The position numbers and the translations under genes were made by a program. Below, piece after piece: positions 10,601-19,400 of a DNA stretch of 45,906 nt (its first letter is position 1; each line of letters starts with the position of its first letter). The notes below the pieces were generated by a model. That model had not been told where the DNA came from, ran no database searches, and saw only the letters and a list, made by a program, of their open reading frames with translations. The stretch covers positions 1 through 45,906 of the forward strand of contig CBDBLO010000001.1 of assembly GCA_965207075.1 (NCBI GenBank), written 5' to 3'. This DNA is from Nitrosopumilus sp. Its GTDB lineage: Archaea > Thermoproteota > Nitrososphaeria > Nitrososphaerales > Nitrosopumilaceae.

Positions 10601-13600
10601 AGTATCGTTAGCCCAGCCTGAGCCGAAGCTCACGTCTGCCAGGGTCAGTGCCGGAGGTATGCTTATGCCAGTCACGTTACCTGACATTACAGTGTTGGTG
10701 CCGACAGTGGCATCCAGTCTGAACGTGGTCGTTGTTCCGGACAGTGAGATGTCGCTCAAGGTTGCATTGTAGTCGTAATTGCCGCCTGTACTGTCGGAAT
10801 TGGCGTCACCTACGGGAACAAACGCGTTGTCTTTCACCGCTTGCAGTTGCAGAGACGGGCTATCAGGCAAGCCAGAGATTCCCTTTACGTTTATGGTAAG
10901 TTGGCCATCGGTAGTATCCGACCAGTCACCAATTGGCGTGACGGTCGGCAGGGATGTGAGTATGTGCGGGATGCGCACGGCCGTCGAGTTGGCTGATGCG
11001 GCGCCGTTAGCACCGTCAGTCACCAGCCTGAACACGGTATCTCCGTACAGTCTGACGTCCGTTAGGGATACCGTGGCGCGTATGTCGCCGCCAGTCAGTA
11101 TCTGCAGACCTGAGGTGGTACCGCCTTCTACAACTTCGATCCAAGCCCCGTCGATGTCAGCTTCCAAGTTAATCTGGGTAGTCTCGGCAATGCCGTCACT
11201 GGAGCCTGTCACCCTTACCTCAAAGTTCCCGCCGTTCCACTGGCCCGCATTGCTGCCGGCTGTGGTAACTTGCAGGTTGGTCAGTATCGAGGGTATGGGT
11301 CTGTCTACGGGATCTGATGCGAAATTCTCGTTACCACCTGAGTTTTCTACCAGTACGAACTGTACGGTGGTGCCGGACAATGAGAGGTCGTCGGAGCCAA
11401 GCGTTACCGTGCCGTTTACCACGCCGTCACTGAAGCCAGAAACAGCAACCGTACTGAAAGGTGTTGTAGTGCCAGACATGCGGACAGTGAATGTGCCGGT
11501 GTCGGCGGTATTCGGTACGATTGCTTGCTTGGTACCTGTTATGTCCAGTATGAGCGAACCATTGTCCCATTCATTTACGTGGACGTCGTCCAGGGTAAGC
11601 AGTACGGGCATGTTAGGCGTAGTCCAACTGTTTGAGGTCGTAGTTACGCCAGCGTAGGTGGTTGTCAGGACAAACTGGGTTGGTCCTTGTATGGATGTAT
11701 CCTCGATGTTGAGGCGCGCCTGGTTGTTCTCGTCAAACTCTACAGGTAAGCCAAGCTTGTCAGTAAGCTCGCCGTCCTCATCAAGTACTCCCAAGGAAAC
11801 GGTGCCAAACACGGACTCCGTACCTGCTACTCGTAGCGCAATGTAGTCGTTAGTCGTGTTAGGGTCGTCATCATTGTCAGCATCAATCCATTGACCTACG
11901 GGAACCACGTTGGTAAGTGACAGAGGCGGCGGTATGTTTGCCGTGTCGCTGTCACTAATTGAGCCGTCAGAAGTCGTTGCTGTAAACGTGTGGGTGCCGG
12001 ACACCGTAACGTTGGCAAAGGGTATCATCCCTGATATCACGTTGCTGGTTACTGCAACGTCATACTCGCCAAAGTTGGGAATGGTGTCTGACGTCAGTGT
12101 AACGATGCCGTCGGCTACGTTGACCGTGGTTCCGCTTATGTCCAGCTCGATAACTCCGTTATCCCAGTCACCTGGAACGACGTTTAGCGTTATCGTAGCC
12201 TGTCTGGCATTTACGGTTACGGTCCTAGTCTCAGATGCGGAGTTTCCTGCGGCGTCCTCACAGGCGTACGTTATGGTGTAGGTGCCCGGTGAAGTGTTGG
12301 TGACGGTGCCAGTCGTGGTCACGGTCAGTGGCCCGTCCCTGGCATCCGTACAGCTGGCTCCCGCGTCGGTCCAGGTGTCACCGGCAGTTATGGTGTCGGT
12401 GCCCGGGTTCACGGTAATCACGGGGTCGTCAGTATCGGGTCTGTCAGGATCGTCGACGGTTACCACTCTGGTAACGGAAGCCGAGTTCCCTGCAGCGTCG
12501 GTACAAGAGTACTCCAGCGTGTACGTGCCTGCACGAGTGGTGTCAGGCGCGTTAGACGTCCGGAGGGCCGTAAGACTGCCGTCCCTCGCGTCGTTACACG
12601 TGGCGCCCTGCTCTGTATAGGTGTCGCCCACGTTCAGCCTGATCTCCGAGGGTCCGGTGAGTCTGATCGCCGGATCTGTGGTGTCAGGCGGAAGCGGATC
12701 CACTATATCGATCACTATGGGGTTAAAGTCGTCGTCAATTACAAACGTCTTTACATTCTCTTGTGATCCGACCGCAACATCCACCGAGGCGACCTCCTCA
12801 GTAAGTGGATTCTTGTTAAAGTCCTCGTCGGCCAGGGTGACGGTTATGCGCTCACCAGAGTTCCAGACGCCGTCCGGATCCTCAAATGTGAGCTCGCCGA
12901 AAAAGTGTCCTATGACCCCGGACTTTGCGCCCGGAGAGCTGTAGTCCACCTCGAAGCTGTTGCCCCTCAGCGCGCCGTCCAGTACGACGATGTTGGACCT
13001 CTGGTCCTCGGCCCAGTTGATGAACACGTTGTTGTTGGAGCCGTCCTCCACGAATCCGATGGCAAAGTTGTCCGGTGCGAATACGTCAGAGGCGCCGGCG
13101 CCCAGATTGCTCGTGGACACGCAGGCTCCGCCACTGGCGTCGTCAGCCATGAGATAATCCTGGCTCGGATCAGCTAGGTCCGGCATTCCAAAGTCCTTTG
13201 TCAGCTGGCAGTCGATCACGTTGGTACCCTGTGCGCCCCTGTTGATGCTGACGGTCTCGTCGATGCCGGCCTCAGAGCCGACAGGACTGATCTCGTCGTC
13301 CATCGCGTATACGGGATCCCCGTCCTCGTCAAACAGGTTGTAGTACGCCGCGTCGTTCTGGGTGTCGAACACCCACGTGTCCTCGTCTGTCGGATCTATG
13401 TTTAGGGCATAGTCCTCCAACGTAATGTGCACATGAGCGCCCTGCGGGTACTTTTGCCTGTCGAGTGAGTGAGACTCTGACGGGTCGTCAAACGTCAGGG
13501 TGACGGTCTGGCGATCGCCGCCCTTGTTGTAGACGATCTCGACGTCGCCCTCTGGCGTAAAGTCGAACACCTGGATGAACGGCCACAAGTCTTCGTTGAC

Positions 13601-14179
13601 CAAACCCAGCTGTCCGATCGTGGTATCGTCGTCCTTGTAGTCGGTCAGGCCGCGCGGCTCCCTTATCAGGGGATGGCGCGGTTCGCCGTCATCTAGGATG
13701 CGACTCACGCTTAGATCGGAACAGACCGAACCCGGCGGCAGGTAAATGCCGTCGCTGTCGGTGAGTGGTATATCCTTACCGGGTCCAGCTATGTCGATGT
13801 CTTCACCGCAGGATACACCGTAGGGGAGGCTTTCAGCTGCGTCCGCCAGCGCGTCCACCTCGGCAAAGTACGCCGTCCAGTAGCCGTTGGCAGTCTGCAG
13901 CATCCGGAGGTCTGCTCCGTTTACGGTAACCTCGGGCTCTGCTTCGCCCTCGTCGGTATCTCCTATTGAATCGTCTCTAATTATTACTTCAATGATGTTT
14001 CCTTCGGCAAAAATGTTGTCGGGGTCCTGTCCCTCTGCCGACACGTACAGGTTCGGATTCGACGCGCTTGTTTGCGCAAACACGGGATCCGTGCCCGGTA
14101 CGGCAAAGGTCAGCCCCCCGGCGACCATGATTGCCATTAGCGTTATGCTAGTATATTTTCTGTAGATTTCGTTTTGCAT
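7007..14179 (-). CDS. slaA: Full-length S-layer protein SlaA paralogue B (2390 aa) with large internal Ig-like/repeat insertion
   Basis: N-terminus MQNEIYRKYTSITLMAIMVAGGLTFAVPG...NLYVSAE...EPEVTVNGADLRMLQ follows the Nitrosopumilus SlaA signal peptide/N-domain pattern. Conserved SlaA C-terminus. Two DUF5011-like domains (YTEQGATCND...GTYTLEYSCTDAAGN...TRVVTV). Confidence 0.92.
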   Translation of the reverse strand: MQNEIYRKYTSITLMAIMVAGGLTFAVPGTDPVFAQTSASNPNLYVSAEGQDPDNIFAEGNIIEVIIRDDSIGDTDEGEAEPEVTVNGADLRMLQTANGYWTAYFAEVDALADAAESLPYGVSCGEDIDIAGPGKDIPLTDSDGIYLPPGSVCSDLSVSRILDDGEPRHPLIREPRGLTDYKDDDTTIGQLGLVNEDLWPFIQVFDFTPEGDVEIVYNKGGDRQTVTLTFDDPSESHSLDRQKYPQGAHVHITLEDYALNIDPTDEDTWVFDTQNDAAYYNLFDEDGDPVYAMDDEISPVGSEAGIDETVSINRGAQGTNVIDCQLTKDFGMPDLADPSQDYLMADDASGGACVSTSNLGAGASDVFAPDNFAIGFVEDGSNNNVFINWAEDQRSNIVVLDGALRGNSFEVDYSSPGAKSGVIGHFFGELTFEDPDGVWNSGERITVTLADEDFNKNPLTEEVASVDVAVGSQENVKTFVIDDDFNPIVIDIVDPLPPDTTDPAIRLTGPSEIRLNVGDTYTEQGATCNDARDGSLTALRTSNAPDTTRAGTYTLEYSCTDAAGNSASVTRVVTVDDPDRPDTDDPVITVNPGTDTITAGDTWTDAGASCTDARDGPLTVTTTGTVTNTSPGTYTITYACEDAAGNSASETRTVTVNARQATITLNVVPGDWDNGVIELDISGTTVNVADGIVTLTSDTIPNFGEYDVAVTSNVISGMIPFANVTVSGTHTFTATTSDGSISDSDTANIPPPLSLTNVVPVGQWIDADNDDDPNTTNDYIALRVAGTESVFGTVSLGVLDEDGELTDKLGLPVEFDENNQARLNIEDTSIQGPTQFVLTTTYAGVTTTSNSWTTPNMPVLLTLDDVHVNEWDNGSLILDITGTKQAIVPNTADTGTFTVRMSGTTTPFSTVAVSGFSDGVVNGTVTLGSDDLSLSGTTVQFVLVENSGGNENFASDPVDRPIPSILTNLQVTTAGSNAGQWNGGNFEVRVTGSSDGIAETTQINLEADIDGAWIEVVEGGTTSGLQILTGGDIRATVSLTDVRLYGDTVFRLVTDGANGAASANSTAVRIPHILTSLPTVTPIGDWSDTTDGQLTINVKGISGLPDSPSLQLQAVKDNAFVPVGDANSDSTGGNYDYNATLSDISLSGTTTTFRLDATVGTNTVMSGNVTGISIPPALTLADVSFGSGWANDTSDVLGINLFVTGNSKLSTGATLQVSTDGEAWTNVGEASTAAGDITDAVVRLTDTELAGERVQFRLDTGTDPIAVSNTLSRVVPALPASSSSVDMAPTPISFSAQNGFPPITRAVINDISEIPAVHNVQTTPNTAPLTFKYDPDTNTISACGTDSPLYVSGAFQYQFPIELPPAPYPTTSTSGASTGGAIAKMLDPYADTSSIVDAQATPAAGPESFFTWDFSVDRGFEIVGVSIEDAAGNELWSTDESSGQEFVSGLSVGGTGAVVVHLIQEGPPTEVQAPMVDGPFPIISEFDPENGVNNAAYRIELEETSADSGVFEGTIEYVMLNQLNIGKDSGVYDKLRIIGEDVLILVDADMTAEDSIRIQYTGLGADGVLETVTAQQEAPTHSGVVSLDSESYKIADTVTITVEDADLNVDNDVIDIYSITSGLDTIGDATAGTLLLDVTFDDETWTVNGCTDDEFGGADTGLGDTGFTLIETAQGSGVFTGTFQIPSVYCQAPNTSKNNGDPTIRSVTGVDIEVNYQDFRDASGSEIEVGAGASVRANTGTVSFDRTVYPVPIPGDSNIEDASGTEYGQRDLTVQITISDPDFDQAPTGIDTVSSDVLELTVSRGSFEGLIPIPSQDIFEVAPTAGAFELDWGIPYMVEVIDMSDPNRPLVNFTINQGDILQVEYNDPTDASGNTNTVTDSATFDLRNGVLQSDKSVYIIGSDMILTLIEPDFDLDSDSSETYPLNLIEWDSDAATLGLGQSDKFDPEPSGLRETGSSTGIFQVVVEIPDEIDGDRLERGEEIELEYVDHGPSGADYVGDETEDVTLTVFTSNFGATIELDQKVYTWTDKVYITIVAPDHNFDSALIDEIGESSDDPIQVSTRSDDIDNYRLVETGPDTGIFTGEVILIGFDHNADGDTETGTEAGYDNPQRDTSDDGAGPTNGYLATDDDDGITVSFEYSEDETIVGSALIRWNIGEVQWLESSYPASGTGVVRVIDPDMNWDPEAVNNFVVDVWSDADNGGIDLTVTETNEATGIFEGTVFFTITDESSGHRLRVAEGNTVTAEYEDNTLPDPYTTADELDITATTLIGTIVPPLERAPATNLRIVDAFGNSLDTVSADQQVQIVADLANGQDRSQAFAYLVQVQDANGVTVALSWISGTLEAGQSLSPSTSWIPSEAGTYTATAFVWESVDNPTALSPPVTTDITVS

Positions 14180-14207
14180 GTTATTGATGGCCTGTCAAAA
14201 AAATTTA

Positions 14208-14215
14208 CTTATAAG
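14208..14215 (-). promoter_or_regulatory. TATA box of slaA-B
   Basis: CTTATAAG about 30 nt upstream of the ATG at 14179. Confidence 0.6.
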
Positions 14216-14572
14216 CGTGATGGACGATTGGTTCATGAGATAGGCACGGATTCACGGCTGCAGGTATGATGCTGCACGGTTGGTTTTATGTTTGTACCAA
14301 TATGGCGGCCGTCGGAGGGTCTGGGGGCGGTGGGACGGCCATATGCTGCCGTCCGGCGGCCGGCCGGACATCCATCAGCCACTCCAAGCATCCACCCCGC
14401 GGACAGCCGACCTGCCACCGCGGGAAGAGCCGGGCACGTCACACTTGGACTTGCAGGTCTTGGCGGCTCCGCCCTTTGCGGGGGGAGGGGTGGACGTACA
14501 TGCCGCGCCACGGCCCATGCATCTGCCTACCGCAAAAGGGGGGCACGGCGGGCGCCCGCAAAAAGCGTCGGA

Positions 14573-15910
14573 TCAGGGCGGCTGCACCGATCCCGGGTTG
14601 ATCAGGAACGGGCTGACCAGCCTGTACCAGCTCTCACTTAGGCGCTCATACTCGGACTGGCACTGGCTGGCCCTCGCCTCCGTAAGGAAGCCGCGATTGA
14701 CAAAGTCCGAAAATGCATGCACGTCACTTCCATACATCCAGCACGCTACGTTGTAGAACCTCTGGGAAGCCAGCGAGTGGGGGCCTGCAAGCTGCCCTTC
14801 GGTCGGGAATATGTCGCTTTGGCCCAGGGACCACGCGCGCAGGGTCGAGAAAAGAATGTTGCCGGCCTGATCAGGCGGGATGTATTCCAGCGCGATTACC
14901 GTGGCAAACTGATCTACTGCGTCCTCCTCGTTTCCCGTAACCGGCAGGTCGTATACGTCGATCAGGGCGTGCCCCAGCTCGTGCAGCATGATCCACGTAA
15001 CGAAGCCGTTGACCCCATGGGACAGTTCCGCACTCGTGCCGTAGTACGGCGCCAACCGCCCTTCAAGAAACGTGACTAGTTCGTAGCAGACGACTATGCG
15101 CTTGTAGTCCGGATAATAAAACGCGTTGGGCTCGTCGCATTCGTCCATTGTGAGATAGACGTCGTAGGGCAGGGCAAGCGTCTGGCTCAGGCGCCCCGTG
15201 AAGTTCTCGAGAAACAGCCGGTCCTGATAATATGACTTCGGCGCCAGGTTGTGCTGGCTCGCTGCGGCGTAATAGATCGGGACAAAGTCGCCCGAATCGG
15301 TGACTGGCACCACGATCTGCCCGCCCAGGGTGCCCTTCAGGTCCACGATCTCCGCCTCCAGCGCCGTTATTTTCAGTGAGAGGCCCTCTATGATATTTCT
15401 CAGGTTGTCGATGACGCTGGCCAGCAGGGCGATACTCGACGGCGGGACCGGTGTCGTTGGCGGCTGCGGGACCGGTGTCGTTGGCGTATCTGGCGGCCCC
15501 GTCTGGGACCTGGTCGAGACCGTGACAATCTGCGAGACCCCCGAGTTCCCGGCGCCGTTGAAGGCCAGCACGGCGAACTGGTACGTGGTGCCCGGCTCAA
15601 GGCCGCGTACTGTGTAAAAGGTGCCGGCGCTGCCGGTGTCGGAGACCAGCACGGTGAGTATGGACTCGGTCGCGACTGCCCTGGAGAGTATCTTGTAACC
15701 GGTTATGGTGCGGTCGCCGGGGTTGTCCCAGGTCAGCGTGACTGTACTTGAGGTGGACGAGGCTGCAAGGTTTGAGGGGGTGCGCGGGACTTCGCCCGAA
15801 CTCTGGGCGTATGCCGGAATTGCCAGAGCGGCGCCCGCAACGGCGCATAATGTCACTACTGCCGCCGCCACCACTATGACTTTTTGCGCTGCACGCAACG
15901 CGCTTGTCAC
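14573..15910 (-). CDS. Secreted fibronectin type III + coiled-coil + DUF4344-like zinc metallopeptidase (gene D)
   Basis: Signal peptide ending AYA-Q; FN3 (PSNL...VTLTW...Y...LEPGTTYQFAVLA); Pro/Thr linker; CDEPNAFY, LHELGHALID, EEDAVDQFA, QRFYNVACWMYGSD. True start may be the TTG four codons downstream. Confidence 0.85.
   Translation of the reverse strand: MTSALRAAQKVIVVAAAVVTLCAVAGAALAIPAYAQSSGEVPRTPSNLAASSTSSTVTLTWDNPGDRTITGYKILSRAVATESILTVLVSDTGSAGTFYTVRGLEPGTTYQFAVLAFNGAGNSGVSQIVTVSTRSQTGPPDTPTTPVPQPPTTPVPPSSIALLASVIDNLRNIIEGLSLKITALEAEIVDLKGTLGGQIVVPVTDSGDFVPIYYAAASQHNLAPKSYYQDRLFLENFTGRLSQTLALPYDVYLTMDECDEPNAFYYPDYKRIVVCYELVTFLEGRLAPYYGTSAELSHGVNGFVTWIMLHELGHALIDVYDLPVTGNEEDAVDQFATVIALEYIPPDQAGNILFSTLRAWSLGQSDIFPTEGQLAGPHSLASQRFYNVACWMYGSDVHAFSDFVNRGFLTEARASQCQSEYERLSESWYRLVSPFLINPGSVQPP
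15442..15486. repeat. 24-bp period direct repeat encoding the PTTPVP linker of gene D
   Basis: GCGGGACCGGTGTCGTTGGCG at 15442-15462 and 15466-15486; absent from paralogue C. Confidence 0.85.
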
Positions 15911-15929
15911 TCAATTATTGATATAAAAA
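15911..15929 (-). promoter_or_regulatory. Putative promoter (TTTTTATA) duplicated upstream of genes D and C
   Basis: TCAATTATTGATATAAAAA (15911-15929) vs TCAGTTATTGATATAAAAA (20060-20078). Confidence 0.55.
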
Positions 15930-15959
15930 GATATGGTGCCGATCCAGGGTTTGCGCGCG

Positions 15960-16215
15960 TTCCGAAGTCTTGCTGTCGAGGTACTTGTGTGCGTAAAGGC
16001 CAAATCGTATTGTTCCAAGGTACGTTGATACTGCCCTGCGCATGTTGTCAAAAGCCTCGTAATATTCTGAATTTAACAGGTAGTTTTTCCTCCGAGCCAG
16101 AATTGCTCCGAGGCGTCGAGGTACTGCGGTGCCTTGGGCAGGCAGGCGAACCCGACGTTTTTGTTTTTGCCGAATGCCTTCCTCGCCAGCTTCGAGCGGT
16201 ACGTTGCGAATCCCG
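15960..16215 (-). pseudogene. Frameshifted C-terminal remnant of an IS630-family transposase
   Basis: One frame reads ATYRSKLARKAFGKNKNVGFACLPKAPQYLDASEQFW (degenerate LPxxSPxLNxxExxW). After a frameshift it reads LLNSEYYEAFDNMRRAVSTYLGTIRFGL. Confidence 0.7.
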
Positions 16216-16318
16216 GTTCGGGAGCGTCCCATCACGCCTGCCGTGCCCGCAGAGTCACACGCTACGGGCTTGCCGCCGATCTCGCCGGCATTGCAGGCGC
16301 CTGATGCGGCTGCGTCAT

Positions 16319-16438
16319 CTGCACCGTGTGCACGGCCGGTATCTCCGGGATGTCGTTGGTTACCGTTTTGGTTGTGGGCGGGAACCCGTCACGCGTGGAG
16401 AGGGATGCCGGCGTCGGTGTCATGTCGGCGCTGCGGCC
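16319..16438 (-). pseudogene. Decayed in-frame continuation of the slaA-like block after the gene C stop
   Basis: Reads GRSADMTPTPASLSTRDGFPPTTKTVTNDIPEIPAVHTVQ vs slaA-A SSSVDMAPTPISFSTQNGFPPITRAVINDISEIPAVHNVQ. Confidence 0.85.
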
Positions 16439-19400
16439 CTATGGCAGTGCCGGAACGACCCTTGATACGGGTGCCGATACTGCCGTGTTTGCGCCAGAAT
16501 CTGCGTCCAGCCTGAACTGGACGGATTTGCCTGCCAGCGTCGTGTCGGTTAGAGCTACCACCGCGTCAGATATGTCACCCGCTGCGGTGCTTGCAGGGCC
16601 AACATCGGTCCATGTCTCGCCGTCGTTGGAAGACACCTGGAGCATTGCGCCTGCAGCCAATTTACCGTTGCCTGTTACAAACAGGTTGAGCCTATGATTA
16701 TCAGCAGTCGTGTTGGTCCAGCCTGCATTGCCGAAACTCACGTCTGTCAGGGTCAACGCCGCAGGTATGCTTACGGTCCTGTTACCTGACTCTGCCACAG
16801 TACTGCCGGTAGTCTCAGTGGCTACCAGTTTGAACGCGGTCGTTGTTCCGGACAGCGAGACGTCGCTCAGGATTGCACTGTAGTCGATGTTGCCGCCTGC
16901 AAGGGCGCCGGTAAAGGCGCCACCCACGTCATCAAACGCATTATCTTTCACCGCCTGCAGTTGCAGAGACGTGCCCGAAGCATCCAGACCGGAGGCTCCC
17001 CTTACGTTTATCGCAAGTTCGCCACCGGCCGTCCAGTCACCGACTGGCGTGACGGTCGGCAGGGATGCGAGTACGTGCGGGATGCGCAGGGCCGTCGAGT
17101 TGGATGATGCGGCGTCGTTGGCGTAGCCATTGCCTCTGTCGGTGCCAGTCACCAGCCTGAACACGGTATGTCCGTACAGGGATATGTCCGTTATGGATAC
17201 CGTGGCGCGTATGTCGCCGCCAGACAGTATCCGCAGTCCCGTAGATGAGTATGGCACGACCGTCTCCCAGCCATCGCCGTCGTTTGCTTGCAGGTCAATC
17301 TCGGTAGCCTCGGAAATACCGCTGCTGAGTCCCGTCACCCTTACCTCAAACTGCCCGCCGTTCCACTGGCCCGCATTGCTGCCGGCTGTGGCAACTTGCA
17401 GGTTGGCCAGTATCGGGGGGATAGGTCTGGACAGGGGGTTTGATGTGAAGATCGTACCCGGTGCCCCGGTGTCTTCCACCAGTACGAACTGTACGGTGGT
17501 GCCGGATAATGAGAGGTCGTCGGAGCCAAGCGTTACCGTGCCGTTTACCACACCATCACTGTAACCAGAAACGGTACCTACGGTTGTATCAGTGCCAAGT
17601 ATGTTGACGTCGATGCTGTCGTCGATAGCCGGCACGATTGCCTGCCTGCTGCCCGTTATCTCCAGTGCAAGATTACCCCCGCCGTCCCACTCACCTACGG
17701 TGACGCCGTCCAGGGTGAGCAGCACGGGCATGCTAGCAGTCCAGCTGTTTGAAGCTGCAGTTACGCCAGCATAGGTGGTCGTCAGGACAAACTGGGTTGA
17801 TCCCTGTATGGCAGTATTCGTTATGTTGATACGCGCCTGGTTGTTGGCATCAAACTGTACAACTACGTTAAGCGCGGCAGTATCCAGCTCGCCGTCCTCG
17901 TCGAGTACCGACAAGGTAACGGCGCCAGACACGGACTCCGTACCTGCGACCCGTAGCGTAATGTAATCGTTAGTAGAGGCAGGGTCGTTATCAGTGTCAG
18001 CATCGATCCATGAGCCTATGGGGATCACGCTGGCAAGGAAGATGGCCGGCGGTATGTTTGCCGTGTCGCTGCCCGTGGTTGCACCGTCAGAAGACGTCGC
18101 CGTAAACGTGTGGGTGCCGGACACCGTAACGTTGGCAAAGGGTATCGTCCCGGATATCACGTTGTCGGTTACTGGAACGCCGTACTCGCCAAAGTTGGGA
18201 ATGGTGTCTGACGTCACTGTGACGTCGCCGTCGGTGACGTTGACCGTGGTTCCGCTTATCGCCAGCTCGAGAACTCCGTTATCCCAGTCGCCTGGAACGA
18301 CGTTTAGCGATATCGTAGCCTGTCTGGCATTTACGGTTACGGTCCTGGTCTCGGTTGCGGAGTTTCCTGCATTGTCCTCACAGGCGTACGTTATGGTGTA
18401 GGTGCCCGCCCTGGTGTTGTCGACGATGCCAGTCGTGGTCACGGGCAGTGTCCCGTCCCTGGCGTCGACACAGGTGGCTCCCGCGTCGGTCCACTGGCCG
18501 CCGGCAGTTATGGTGTCGGTGCCCGGGTTCACGGTAATCACTGGGTCGTCAGTATCAGGTGCGGCAGGATCGCCGACAGTTACGACCCTGGTAGCGGTCG
18601 CCGTGTTTCCGGCAGCGTCAGTACAAGAGTACTCCAGCGTGTACGTGCCTGCCCGAGTAGTGTCAGGATCAGCCGACGTCTGGACTACCTCAAGGGTGCC
18701 GTCCTCCGCGTCAGTACACGTGGCGCCGGCCTCCGTATAGGGGTCGCCCACGTTCAGCCCGACCTCTGGAGCCCCGTTGAGTCTGATCACCGGATCACCC
18801 TTGATCAGGAACTGGCCGGCCAGCCTGTACCAGCTCTCACTCATGCGCTCATACTCGGACGGGCACTGGCCGGCCCTCGCCTCCGTAAGAAGGCCGCTGT
18901 CGACAAAGTTCGAAAATGCATGCACGTCGCTTCCATATATCCAGCACGCTACCTTGTGTAGCCTATGGGAAGCCAGCGGGTCGGAGCCTACAAGATGCGG
19001 TTCAGGAAGGGATACGTCGTTTTGGCCCAGGGACCACGCGCGCAGAGTCGAGGAAAGAACGTTGCCGGCCTGATCAGGCGGGATGTATTCCAGTGCGATT
19101 ACCGTGGCAAACTGATCCACCGCGTCCTCCTCGTTTCCCGTAACCGGCAGGTCATACACGTCAATCAGGGCACGTCCCAGCTCGGACAGCATGACCCACG
19201 TAACGAAATCGCTGACGCCCCGGGACAGTTCCGCATTCGTACCGTAGTACGGCGCCAGCCGCCCTTCAAGGAACGTGACGAATTCGTAGCAGAGGACTAT
19301 GCGCGCGTAATACGGATAATAAACCGCCTCGGGTTCGCCGCATTCATCCATTGTGAGATAGACGTCGTAGGGCAGGGCAAGCGTCTGGGTCAGGCGCCCC

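Noticed and set aside
14233-14570. ORFs or ncRNA in the GC-rich gap upstream of slaA-B
   Set aside because: The ORFs are Arg/Pro/Gly-rich noise. Only one modest stem (CCCTTTGCGG/CCGCAAAAGGG) was found, which is insufficient in high-GC DNA.
16439-16441. Pyrrolysine or amber read-through of the in-frame TAG in gene C
   Set aside because: Downstream codons are more degenerate than upstream ones and another TAG follows about 60 codons later. No pyl genes are in the window.
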